DNA of 64,000 bases from contig CAXXWX010000003.1 in NCBI GenBank assembly GCA_963675745.2, positions 1 to 64,000 of the forward strand, in the 5' to 3' direction. How positions within the stretch are numbered: position 1 is the stretch's first letter; each line of letters starts with the position of its first letter. The stretch is from Phycisphaerae bacterium (lineage in GTDB: Bacteria > Planctomycetota > Phycisphaerae > UBA1845 > Fen-1342). The notes beneath the pieces were generated by a model. That model was given only the letters and a program-made list of their open reading frames with translations. It did no database searches and was not told where the DNA came from. A program made the translations under genes and the position numbers. Shown piece by piece: positions 10,007 to 19,957 of the stretch.

Positions 10007-11905
10007 CTACGGCGCGGCGGGTTCCTTCACGGCTTCGTCCATGATCGACTCCAGCACCGACTCCCCCTGGCGTTGCCAGCGCGGGACACGCCGGCCGTTG
10101 ATGAAGACGGTCGGCACGGCGCGCAGACCGACGCGTTTGCCGGCCGCGGCATCGCTGGTGATGGCGTTTGCAACGGCGGAGGTGTCCAACGCGGCGAAGA
10201 ACGCCGACGCGTCAAGCCCCATTTCATCCGCCGCGGCGCGCAAACGCTCGTCACTGAAGTCCGCCAGATTCTCGAATAGCCACACGTGCATGCGCCAGTA
10301 GGCGTCTGTGCCACCGAGAATTCCCGCGGCTGCGGCCGCCTGGTGCGCCCGGCAGGCGTGCTCATGTTTGGTGACACCCGACTGCGGGTTGCACTCCTGG
10401 TTCACCGGGTAGTGCCGGAATGTGTAACGCGCGTCATCGCGGACTGCTATGTAGTCGCGAATGATCTGGTCGACACGCGCGCTGAACGGTTCCTGGTAAT
10501 CCCCCCAGGCGACGATGTCCAGCTTCGGCGTCGGGCTGCCCATCTGTCGCGCGGGGTTGTCAGGCGGAAGCGCGAACTTGCGCTGCTCACGCCAGTCTTC
10601 GACGTACTTAACCGCCGCCGGCACCGGATGATCGTTCTCGGCGGTCAGCGGGGGCGGGTTTTCGGCGGCAACCTGCCTGATCGCACGCGCGACCGCGTCG
10701 CGGGCGTACCACCCCTTGAACTCGACCCCGTTTATGAAAATCATCGGCGTATAGTGCAGGCCGAGCTCAAAACCCTCGTCTATGTCGGCCTGCACCAGCG
10801 CCAGCGTCTCGTCGCCCATCATGATGCGTTGAAACTCGGCCACGTCATAGCCGAATTGCTGGAGGGCCGTGTGTAGTTGCGCACTGGTGAACCCGCCGCC
10901 GCGCTTGAACAGCCAATCGTGCATCTCCCAAAAGCCGTCGTTGCCGCGCAGAATACCGGCCGCCTCGGCGGCGCGCGCTCCCCAGCAGGAATTGGGGTGC
11001 GGATTGGTCGTGAAGTACGGATTGCAGTCCGGGCACATCGGGAAGTGCTTCATCGAGATCGACATGTCGTCGCGCTGCTCGAATACGCGGTGCAGTTCCG
11101 CCTCGACTCGCCGACAGTCCTTGCACTGAAAACTGCTGAAGACCACGACGCGGATGGCGGCCTTCTCCGGGCCGCGCCGATAGCGACCGGTGAACGGCGG
11201 GGTGACCGGCTCCGGGGACGCGGCCGTGGTGCTTGATTCATTGGCTGGCTGCGTATCAGGCACCTCGGACGGCGCGGTCGTCACCTCGATGTCGGTGCGT
11301 TGAGTAGTGGCGGCGATGATCTTACCTATCGACTCGTTAAGCTCAGTCTCGCCGCGTTGCTGGCGCGCGGCACGCTGGCGCCCGTCGGCGATGCCCAGGC
11401 CGGCGGAAACGACGACAAATGCCAGCAGGGCGAGCACGATCGGCCGGGCGCCAGTGCCGTCACCGCGCTTGCCACCCGCCTCGACCAGCAGCCAGAACAC
11501 CAGGTTTCCGGCGTGGGTCGCGAGGCAATAGCTGCACACCTGCTGCTTGGCAATCATCACAATGACGAACAGCACCGAAGCGAGCGCACCGGCGCGCGTC
11601 ACGTTACGGAGGAGGGCGGGCAATCGACTGCCCGTGGCAAACCAGGCGACCAGCGCGCCGGCGAAGTAAGCCACGCCGAGATAGGCCACGGGCCAGTTGA
11701 GTATGGGGATTTTCGACCAGGCGCTGTCGGCCAGCTCGGCGCAGGCGCTACCCTCGCCGCAACCGGGCAGCGCGATGCCGCCCAGATGCTCCAGCGCCAT
11801 CATCACCGCCGCGAAGGCGCTGACCAGCAGCGCCGCGACGCCCAGGGAGAGACGCGTCGGGGAACCACCACCGGAGTTACGACGATTTTCAGTGTGTGAC
11901 TGCAT
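10007..11905 (-). CDS. VKOR-DsbA-DsbA fusion (disulfide bond formation)
   Basis: VKOR loop Cys pair (GCGEGSAC), S.WS and CSYC motifs with TM helices; DsbA domain 1 FSSFQCKDC...HFP...YTP; DsbA domain 2 WGDYQEPFS...HYP...VPT. Confidence 0.85.
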   Translation of the reverse strand: MQSHTENRRNSGGGSPTRLSLGVAALLVSAFAAVMMALEHLGGIALPGCGEGSACAELADSAWSKIPILNWPVAYLGVAYFAGALVAWFATGSRLPALLRNVTRAGALASVLFVIVMIAKQQVCSYCLATHAGNLVFWLLVEAGGKRGDGTGARPIVLALLAFVVVSAGLGIADGRQRAARQQRGETELNESIGKIIAATTQRTDIEVTTAPSEVPDTQPANESSTTAASPEPVTPPFTGRYRRGPEKAAIRVVVFSSFQCKDCRRVEAELHRVFEQRDDMSISMKHFPMCPDCNPYFTTNPHPNSCWGARAAEAAGILRGNDGFWEMHDWLFKRGGGFTSAQLHTALQQFGYDVAEFQRIMMGDETLALVQADIDEGFELGLHYTPMIFINGVEFKGWYARDAVARAIRQVAAENPPPLTAENDHPVPAAVKYVEDWREQRKFALPPDNPARQMGSPTPKLDIVAWGDYQEPFSARVDQIIRDYIAVRDDARYTFRHYPVNQECNPQSGVTKHEHACRAHQAAAAAGILGGTDAYWRMHVWLFENLADFSDERLRAAADEMGLDASAFFAALDTSAVANAITSDAAAGKRVGLRAVPTVFINGRRVPRWQRQGESVLESIMDEAVKEPAAP

Positions 11906-12173
11906 GCGGGCGTGCTCCGCGTAATCTTCGCGCTGATTGCTCGGTGCCGGGGACAATCGATGTGCAGGCTAGCACGATGTAACAATCATGCGATTATATA
12001 GCAACACAGCAACGCGGTACGGTACTGCGTGGCAATCAGAGCGGGGAATCAAAGACCGACGTGCCGGTCGCAGATCATGCCAAGCCGGACTTTGGCACAC
12101 ATCAGACCGCATACGGCGCTGTGGTGTCGTCACATGCCACATCGAAGCATGACGTTCGGAGCGCCGCAGCCGA

Positions 12174-12584
12174 TCATGGTTGCCACTTGGGCAGCCTGGC
12201 GTCCTTCCTTTTCAACTCTTGTCGGCGATCTTCCGGCTTAAAGGCGGAGTAAGACTGACTGCCGCAGGCTGGACAAGCAGGGTAGGGTGGCATCCGCAGT
12301 ATCCCCTGGCTGTCGCGATCGAGCTTCGGCACGAAACGCCGCTGGCAATCGAAGCAATACAGCCACGGATACACAGCTTGTTCGCCACACTCTGGGCAGG
12401 TCCACGGAGCGACCTCGTCCAATTCGTGCGTGATCTCGACGTCCTTGCCGTTCGCGAGGCAGACGCCAAGTGTGTGTACCGTGGTTGGCAACGGCTTCTG
12501 CCGGCCATAGCCCGAGAAGGTGAAATACGCCGCCGCGGCAATCGCGACAATCGCAACCCCACCAAGAACCGTGTTCCTTTGCAT
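12174..12584 (-). CDS. Small membrane-anchored protein with Cys pairs (zinc-ribbon-like)
   Basis: N-terminal TM helix; CPEC, CFDC and CPAC motifs; directly downstream of the DUF1559 gene. Confidence 0.75.
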   Translation of the reverse strand: MQRNTVLGGVAIVAIAAAAYFTFSGYGRQKPLPTTVHTLGVCLANGKDVEITHELDEVAPWTCPECGEQAVYPWLYCFDCQRRFVPKLDRDSQGILRMPPYPACPACGSQSYSAFKPEDRRQELKRKDARLPKWQP

Positions 12585-12593
12585 TGGCGCGTC

Positions 12594-13673
12594 CTAATGC
12601 CGGTCATGCGAATTGTTGGGCAGTTTCACCCAGCGGTCATTGTTCGTGCGCCAAGTGGCGCTGAGTTCCTCTTCCATCGCGTACGGATGGAAGTTTGGCG
12701 GGCCATCCACTGGAGCGTCACGGTTGCCGAGAAACTTACCGCGGCCATGGACAAACGACTTGATCCAGTCGGGGCGGCGGTTGCGGTACTCCTCGATGCC
12801 CCATGGGCTCTCGTACGTTCCTGAGTAGTCGCCCTGGTAGAAACCGGCAACGGTCCTGGTGGTGCATTCGCCGGGCAGCCAGGTGAAGGCCTGAGTCGTA
12901 TCCACTGTTGCGGAGTATGCCTCGTCGAGGTCGGCAGCCGGCCGCGGAACGATTTTGGCGACGTGCCCATCGCGGAAGAGTGTCTGTGCCGCGCGCTGCG
13001 AGCCATGTCGCCAGGCAACCATTGTGCCTCCCTTGCTGGGCTGAGTGAACGGATTGTCGCCCGCCCCAGCGCCGTAGACGACGTAGGCCGCGTTCAGTGA
13101 GCTAAACCACGTCCACCAACCGTCGATTGCGTACACCTGCCTGGCTGCGTCCGGGAAGCGGTCCTTTGGGAAGTTCATGTGCATTATCAGGTTCAAGGCG
13201 TAGCTGTGGCGCACCCCATACTCGCCCTCCAGACCTAGCCCCATCTCATGCTTGGCGAATTTGAACCCCCAATTCGCGCCATCTGGCGGGGGGGCGCTGC
13301 GTAGCCGTGTCAAGCTGTCCGGCCGTTTGTCGTCCGGGCAGATGCCGATGTCAGGATTGCCGATATACCCAGCGTCAAACAGCACATCAATCCACGTCAG
13401 CATGTACTCCTGTCGCCCTTTAGGGGGGCCTGGGTCGCCGTCATCGTACGTCGGGCCGAACTCCTCATGATCCACACCGGCCGACATCACGCCCTGGCCG
13501 AGGCCGCGCAGGTGGGCGCCGCATTTGACCATCTTGGCCTGGGCGCGGGCCGAACTGAGGCTGGGTAGCAGAATCGAGATCAAAAGGGCGATAATCGCGA
13601 CGACCACAAGCAGCTCTATGAGCGTAAATGCTCGACGCGAACGGCGGAATCCGGCAGTTGGCATGATCGTCAC
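12594..13673 (-). CDS. Prepilin-type N-terminal cleavage/methylation protein (DUF1559 / H-X9-DG family)
   Basis: [35 protein letters not shown]...TLFRDGHV. Confidence 0.92.
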   Translation of the reverse strand: MTIMPTAGFRRSRRAFTLIELLVVVAIIALLISILLPSLSSARAQAKMVKCGAHLRGLGQGVMSAGVDHEEFGPTYDDGDPGPPKGRQEYMLTWIDVLFDAGYIGNPDIGICPDDKRPDSLTRLRSAPPPDGANWGFKFAKHEMGLGLEGEYGVRHSYALNLIMHMNFPKDRFPDAARQVYAIDGWWTWFSSLNAAYVVYGAGAGDNPFTQPSKGGTMVAWRHGSQRAAQTLFRDGHVAKIVPRPAADLDEAYSATVDTTQAFTWLPGECTTRTVAGFYQGDYSGTYESPWGIEEYRNRRPDWIKSFVHGRGKFLGNRDAPVDGPPNFHPYAMEEELSATWRTNNDRWVKLPNNSHDRH

Positions 13674-14079
13674 TCATTCTGCGGGCGACCAGGCTGGCCC
13701 TGGAGACCCTGGCATGGATGGACCTTGGGCGGCGCGACAAAGAAGCGATCACGCAGCGTCCGGGAACCAATTATAAGCCCACAAGTCGTGGCGGCAACCA
13801 TCTTTCCTTTACTCAATCGGCCGGTTTCAATACAATGCGTAGTGGCGGTCGGGTGCCGCCGGCATTGAATGACCCGGGTGGGGTGGAGCGCGAGGAAGCA
13901 ACTCGTAGCAGGACAAGTGTGTGTAATCCGTGCGTCGACGGGCGCGCTGCGGTTGGGGTACGCAGGTGCTCGTGGCATTCTAATGTGCCTTTGCTGCACA
14001 GGCGCATCCGGCGACGCGGGGTTTTGGACCGTTTTTTAAGGACGCCTCTGGAACAGGACAGGGACAAGGAGACCCAAGT

Positions 14080-16050
14080 ATGACAAGGATTTTGGTTGGT
14101 GGTCTAGCGCTGGTTGCGCTCGTGGTTGCCCCGGCGATGGCCGCCCCGGTCGTCGACGGCTCGGCCGCGGATGCCGAATACGGACCCGCGCTGGCCGTTC
14201 AGGACAATCAGACCGGATACGGAACCAACAAGAGCGCCAGCCCGAACTGGGGCGGCGGCTCGCAACTTGACCAGGTTTTCGGCTGTGTCGCCGATGGCTC
14301 GCTCTACCTCGTTTTCGCGGGCAACCTCGAGACAAACGGTAACCACCTCAATCTCTTCTTCGACACGCGCGCCGGCGGCCAGAACACGATTCCCGGCGGC
14401 GGACTGAACCCCGTGCTCGGCTTCAACGACCCGCTCGAGCGCATGGGCCCCTACACCGGCGATCCGAACGATCCCAACGACCCCAATGGGCCCGGATTCA
14501 CCTTCACCACCGGCTTTGGCGCCGACTACTTCCTGACCATCAGTCTGACCGGCCAGGCGGGCAGCTACACGGACTTCGCCGAGCTGTACATGGATCCGAA
14601 CAACCCCGGCGCCGGCTACTACATTGGTGCCGGCTCGTCCGCATGCGCCTATAACGGCGGCACGTTGATCGGCGGTGACCCCAACGCGCCCATCATCCTG
14701 GTGACGTTCGATGACAGCAATCTGTTCGGCGTGACCGGCGGCGAAGGTGTCAGCGACGGCACCGGAACCTACACCGGCGTCGAGATCGCCATTCCTCTCG
14801 CCGACCTCGGCAATCCCAGCTACATCGATTGCATCGCATTCATCGGCAACCAGGACTACGGGAACGTGTCCAACCAGTTCCTCGGCGGACTGGGCGGCGG
14901 CGGCGGAATGGCCAACCTCGGCGAGCCGGGCCTGATCGACCTCAGCACGACCAGTTGCGCGCCGTTCACCGTCCCGATGACCGGCACCCCCACGCCGGAA
15001 GTCGTCGGTGCTTGCGTGCTTCCGGATGGAACCTGTCAGCTCACCACAGAGGCTTTCTGCGGTGCGCAGTTCGGCACCTACCAGGGCGACGGCACTGACT
15101 GCCTCACCGGTCTGTGCTCTGATACCGCAGCCTGCTGTGTCCCCGAGATGGCCTGCCAGGTCCTGACCGAGTTCGATTGTCTCACGCAGGGTGGAACCTG
15201 GTACGCGGACGTAGAGGTGTGCGACCCGAATGATGATATCTGCACGCCCGACGTCTACTACGCACCGGGCGAGGCCAATGGTTGGGACAACACCACGCCG
15301 ATGGTCGATCAGGGCGGTGGCATCCACCACTACGTCGTCGACGGCTTCGTCGACCCATCGCCGGCAACTACGCTCTTTGACATTCTCAGCATTGAGGGCA
15401 ACTGGGACTCGAAGGTCTGGGCGGCGGGCAACCAGTGGCTGATCCTCGACCCGAACGGCGACAACACGCTGATTCTGGACACCAACACCTATGCCGATGG
15501 CTGGTCGCCCGACACAAACCGCGTGGGCGTGGCTTACGAGCCGTCCACTTCGTGGACCGCGGTCGGTGACTGGCAGGACCAGGTTGGTGGCGGCAACTGG
15601 GATCCCAGTAACCCGAACACAACCATGACCGACGAAGGTGGCGGCCTCTACTCGTTCTCGGCGACGCTGACCCCGGGTAGTTACAACTACAAGGCTGTCG
15701 TCACCGGCACGTGGGAAGCGATCGCCGGCAGCAGCCGCAATGTCAACTCTGACAACTTCCCGTTCACGGTTGATGCCGCGCGCGGCACGGTTGTCATGTG
15801 GGTGGACGTCCTCAACGGCGCCATCAAGGTTGACGCCGGCACGCCGTGTCTGGCTGCTGGTGACTCCAACTGCGATGGGTTTATCAACAACGGTGACATT
15901 GATCCGTTCGTGCTCGCACTCGGCGCTACCGGTCAGGCCGACTGGGAAGCCATCTACAGTTGCGACTTCATCTGCGCCAACGACATCAATGGCGACACCT
16001 TCGTGAACAACGGCGACATCGACCCGTTCGTGGCGCTGTTGGGTAGTTAA
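14080..16050 (+). CDS. Secreted multidomain protein: N-terminal beta domain, Cys-rich GAC repeats, Trp-rich putative starch-binding (X25/SusE-like) domains, C-terminal dockerin-like tail
   Basis: Signal peptide; GACVLPDGTC and ACCVPEMAC repeats; WTAVGDWQ...WDPSN...MTD.GGGLYSF..TLTPGSYNYKA; GDSNCDGFINNGDIDPF-type motif twice. Confidence 0.75.
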   Translation: MTRILVGGLALVALVVAPAMAAPVVDGSAADAEYGPALAVQDNQTGYGTNKSASPNWGGGSQLDQVFGCVADGSLYLVFAGNLETNGNHLNLFFDTRAGGQNTIPGGGLNPVLGFNDPLERMGPYTGDPNDPNDPNGPGFTFTTGFGADYFLTISLTGQAGSYTDFAELYMDPNNPGAGYYIGAGSSACAYNGGTLIGGDPNAPIILVTFDDSNLFGVTGGEGVSDGTGTYTGVEIAIPLADLGNPSYIDCIAFIGNQDYGNVSNQFLGGLGGGGGMANLGEPGLIDLSTTSCAPFTVPMTGTPTPEVVGACVLPDGTCQLTTEAFCGAQFGTYQGDGTDCLTGLCSDTAACCVPEMACQVLTEFDCLTQGGTWYADVEVCDPNDDICTPDVYYAPGEANGWDNTTPMVDQGGGIHHYVVDGFVDPSPATTLFDILSIEGNWDSKVWAAGNQWLILDPNGDNTLILDTNTYADGWSPDTNRVGVAYEPSTSWTAVGDWQDQVGGGNWDPSNPNTTMTDEGGGLYSFSATLTPGSYNYKAVVTGTWEAIAGSSRNVNSDNFPFTVDAARGTVVMWVDVLNGAIKVDAGTPCLAAGDSNCDGFINNGDIDPFVLALGATGQADWEAIYSCDFICANDINGDTFVNNGDIDPFVALLGS

Positions 16051-16165
16051 TCTCTAAAAACCGACCGGTGGGTGCCGCCGACCATGAGGAGGCGGCGGCA
16101 TCCGCCGGCCGGCTTGATGTGCTCTGTTCAACAATGCGTATTCAAACGAGGAGAAGGAGAAGATC

Positions 16166-16867
16166 ATGAGGAAAGCTGTAGTTTTGTTTGCGGTCACGGC
16201 GATGTTCGCCGCGCCCGCCATGGCTGACATTGCCATTCCCGGCAATTTCACCGGCTGGGATGCCAACGTCACGATGACCGAGGGCCCGGCAGGTGTCTGG
16301 TCCTATGACGTCTCGGGGATGGCCAGCAACGAATGGCTGCAGTGGGTGTTGCTGTGGACCCCGAACGACTGGGGCACCAAGGTTCACCCGGCGGGCGACC
16401 AGTGGGGCTACGCTGATCCCAGTGGCAATAACACCATCACGCTCGACACCAACCCCGCCGGCGACGGCTGGTTCCCGGATTCTAATCGTGTCGGCGTCGC
16501 TTATGAGTTCATCGACTCATGGACGGCAGTTGGTGATTGGCAGTCGCAGATTGCCGGCGGTGACTGGGACCCCAGTAATGCCAACACCCTGATGACGTCG
16601 CTCGGCGGCGGCATCTACGTCTTCGAGGCCACGCTCACGCCTGGCGATTACAATTACAAGGCCGTGCAGAGCACGACGTGGAACTCAATCGGTGGCAACA
16701 GCCGTAACGTGAACGCCGACAATTTCCCGTTCACCGTGACGGCCGAGAACCCCACCGCGCAGATGTACGTGGACGTTCTCACCGGCGTTGTCAAGGTTGA
16801 CGTAGTGCCCGAGCCGGCATCACTGTTGCTGCTGGTGCTGGGCGGCACGCTGCTGCGACGGCGTTAA
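16166..16867 (+). CDS. PEP-CTERM surface protein with Trp-rich putative starch-binding (X25/SusE-like) domains
   Basis: Signal peptide; VPEPASLLLLVLGGTLLRRR terminus; body is clearly paralogous to the C-terminal half of 14080..16050. Confidence 0.85.
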   Translation: MRKAVVLFAVTAMFAAPAMADIAIPGNFTGWDANVTMTEGPAGVWSYDVSGMASNEWLQWVLLWTPNDWGTKVHPAGDQWGYADPSGNNTITLDTNPAGDGWFPDSNRVGVAYEFIDSWTAVGDWQSQIAGGDWDPSNANTLMTSLGGGIYVFEATLTPGDYNYKAVQSTTWNSIGGNSRNVNADNFPFTVTAENPTAQMYVDVLTGVVKVDVVPEPASLLLLVLGGTLLRRR

Positions 16868-16899
16868 GCCAAGACGTAGCGTAGTCTGACTTTCAGTTT

Positions 16900-16941
16900 C
16901 CAAAGAGGCGTCAGGTCCAGCCGGGCTTGACGCCTCTTTGG
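16900..16941. terminator. Hairpin, probable terminator between convergent genes
   Basis: CCAAAGAGGCGTCA ... TGACGCCTCTTTGG, 14-bp stem. Confidence 0.6.
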
Positions 16942-16980
16942 CTGCGCGCCGCGGGCATGGGCGAACGCGAGCGGACATGC

Positions 16981-17064
16981 GTCGCGGCGGCCTGCGCCTC
17001 GCGGACCATGGGACAATCGTGGGCACTCTGTCATGACGACGGCCTGCGAGGCGCAGGCCGCTAC
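16981..17064. repeat. REPIN-like inverted pair of REP palindromes
   Basis: GCGGCCTGCGCCTCGCGGACC ... GACGGCCTGCGAGGCGCAGGCCGCTAC; the second element is identical to 22334-22360. Confidence 0.7.
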
Positions 17065-17117
17065 GATGCGGTGCCGCTGCTACGGTACCGTGGGCCGCTG
17101 CGTTTCTGAGGAGTGAC

Positions 17118-19638
17118 CTATGGCGCCAGCAGTGCTACGAACGGGTCGATGTCGCCGTTGTTGACCTGGCCGTCGCCATTGCAATCTGCCAGCAGATAAT
17201 CGCAGTCCGGATAGGCGGCGGCGTATGCAAGCTGGTCATTGAGCGCCAGCACGAACGCATCAATGTCGCCGTTGTTCACAAGACCATCACAGTTGAGATC
17301 ACCGGTCAGTCCGCACACGCCATACACCGACAGGTCGCTCTCCACAAAGTCCGGCGGCGTGTTGAGCCCCTCCGACAAGCCGACGACCGCGTCGGTACAC
17401 GTGAGACCCAGATAGCTCAGCACGATGGTGCCGTCGAAGTGCAGCTCAATCTGGAACGTGTTGGCCCCAATGGTCTGATACTCCGGGACGTTCTCGTAGG
17501 TCACGACCATGCGGTCGGCCAACTGCTGGTAGCTGACCGTGCCGCCGTTACGTGTGCTGAAGTCATCGAACAGGGCCGAGATGCGCGGCATGTCGAAATG
17601 ATCGTCGATCGACTCCGTGTAGTCCGCGTCCGTGCCGGTAAAGGTGAGGTGGCCGTTATCGGCAATATAGAACTCCGTGTAAGCGACGCCATACAAAGAC
17701 ACGGATGCGCCGCTGACCGGCACGAGCTGGCTCTCATCCTCATCAAGACTCACCGGGATACCGCCTGAGGGGTCAATCGGCAGCGCGGTTATTGACTCCA
17801 CGCAGGCATCGTATTCGCTGAGAGTGGCGGCCGGCGTAAACGTCAGACTCAACCCGTCGAGATCGATGCCGGAGAAGAACTGTTGAGTGAAGTAGTCCGG
17901 CACGTCGGGGGTGGAAAATGAGTAGCACTGCCCGCCGTTATCGTCGGTGCCGGTGTTTTCGGCTTCGTCAGCGGCATCGACCGCATAGAAATACGTCGTA
18001 TTCGAGTCGAGTCCGGCAAGTTCCACGGCGTGATTCTGGGCAAACACCACCGTCGAAGCGCTTTCGGTCAGCGCGCCGCATGACAATCCGTAGCGCACCG
18101 TGGCCGTGGCCGGCTCATCGGTGTCCAGCGTAATCGTCGCCCTGGTGGCCCCAACGGCGCCGGTCTGCACATTGGAGATGAGCGGCGCCGTGCAATCAAC
18201 CGACGCCGTGTCGAATACATCGATCGTGTACTCCGCGGTGACCGTGTCGTACTCACTGACCTGGAGAATCCCGGTGCCGGCCGAGGTGCTTAGCACCAGC
18301 GTCCCTTCGAAGCGCGCGGTGTTTACGCCGGTCTCGGTGAGCAGAACGACCTCACCCGTTGGGTCGGTATTCGAGGTAACGGTAACCGACACGGTCTCGA
18401 CAGACCCGCCATCCGCATTGGCGTACCAGTCCGTAACCGTGATGGCGGCGGTGCTCTCGCAACCATAGCTGCCGGAATCAAGCGCGATTGTCGGCTCGAT
18501 ATCCGTCGACGGAATGTGCATGACAATACAGTGGATCGCGCCGGCGGCGTGGATGATGCTGGAGCAGTCAACCTGAATGACCGTGTGGTCCGGCATGGCG
18601 GTCTGGAACACCTGCCGGGCCTGGCTGTCCTCGAAGGAGTACTGGAACGCCGGGATCAGGACCAGGTCGTTTATGATGACGGCGTTGGTGTATGTGTAGT
18701 GCGTGCCGCCGGAGTTCCATCCCGGCGTGCGGTACACCGTATAGCCGCGCGAGGTGAAGTCGGCGACGGCGTTCTCCGTAATCGTGTAGGGCTGGCCGGT
18801 GGAGGGCGCGTACTCACCAATGATGACCTTGTCGTCGCCCACCGGCAGCATCCACATATCGATATGCTGCGTGGAGTCAAAAGACGTGGGAAAACCGGGG
18901 TAGATCGTCAGATCCACGCCCTGATACTCGGCGTACAGGTCGATCACATCTTGCTCGCTCAGTCCCGGGTTCTCGGTGAGAATCAGGTCCGACATGAACG
19001 CTTCGCCGTTGGTGAACAGGTGGAAGTTGCCACCGCCGTGCGTGAGCGGTATGTCATACTGCGGCTCACCCCACGTGGAGGCGACGTAATCGGGGAAGTC
19101 GTTGTCGTTATACCGGGGGCGGTTGTAGGTGTGGTCGATGATGGTTCGTGTGCCGTCTTCAAAGACGAAACGCGGGCCATAATCGCGCATCCACACCGTA
19201 TCCGTCGTACACACCATGAACTCGACCTGGTCCATGTCGGCCCCCGCGCTGGTCAGCGTGCTGGTAACGTTGTTCTGTTCGGCGGTGGTGTCGACGGCGA
19301 TGTAGACGATGGCTTCGGGATCCTGGTTTGTAATCTGCACCGCCAGTTCGGTCAGCACGGTTGTGTAGCCGTCCCAGGCGATAAACAGCCCCTCGTTACG
19401 CTCGTACTCCGCCGGGCAGCGCACCGCACCGCTCGGCGCTGCGCGATTGGCAACGATCCCATGGCGTCGGCTTCGGAAACGGCACCAATCGCTCGGCGGG
19501 AGTCATGTACTTCGGGAGCGGGGACGCCACTTCACCAGCGTCACCCGAGGCGGAGACCGGCGGTAGTGCGGCGGCGAGTGTCCCCATCCAACACAGGACC
19601 AGCGTTGTGGCAAGCGCAAATCGGGACACGCGGATCAC
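17118..19638 (-). CDS. Secreted agmatine/peptidylarginine deiminase family protein with an FN3-like domain and dockerin-like tail; one frameshift near 19455
   Basis: PAEYE, VWMRDYGP, HGGGN, HIDMW, YTN and GAIHC motifs. A GTG start at 19638 after GAGGAGG gives a signal peptide in the frame of ORF 19396..19884. GDLNCDGLVNNGDID tail. Confidence 0.85.
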
Positions 19639-19957
19639 GGCTTCCTCCTCCTCAGTCTCAGGGGACGCGGCGGCGAATTTGCCGACGCGTGATGTCGATC
19701 GTTGCCTCCAGTGTAGCAGCTTGGCACGCGTATAGAAACAACATCCGAACTTCCGATAGCCACACGGCGATGCCGCGTGACAAAGGCGAATCAGCGTTCT
19801 CGCGCCGCAACTCCGGCTCATCCACTGCACGGATGTGTGGATTTGTCGGGATTTGCGCGGCATGGACATGACCGGTCGTGGCACATGGCGTTACGTGGTA
19901 TAGTCGCAGCCACGACACCGAGTATTCACATTATCGTTGAGCACGGGAGACTGACGA

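Noticed and set aside
13680..14079. LacI-type operator or sigma54 promoter in the divergent region
   Set aside because: Only a half-site (CCGGTTTCA) is present, and the GG/GC spacing is 11 rather than 10; not supportable.
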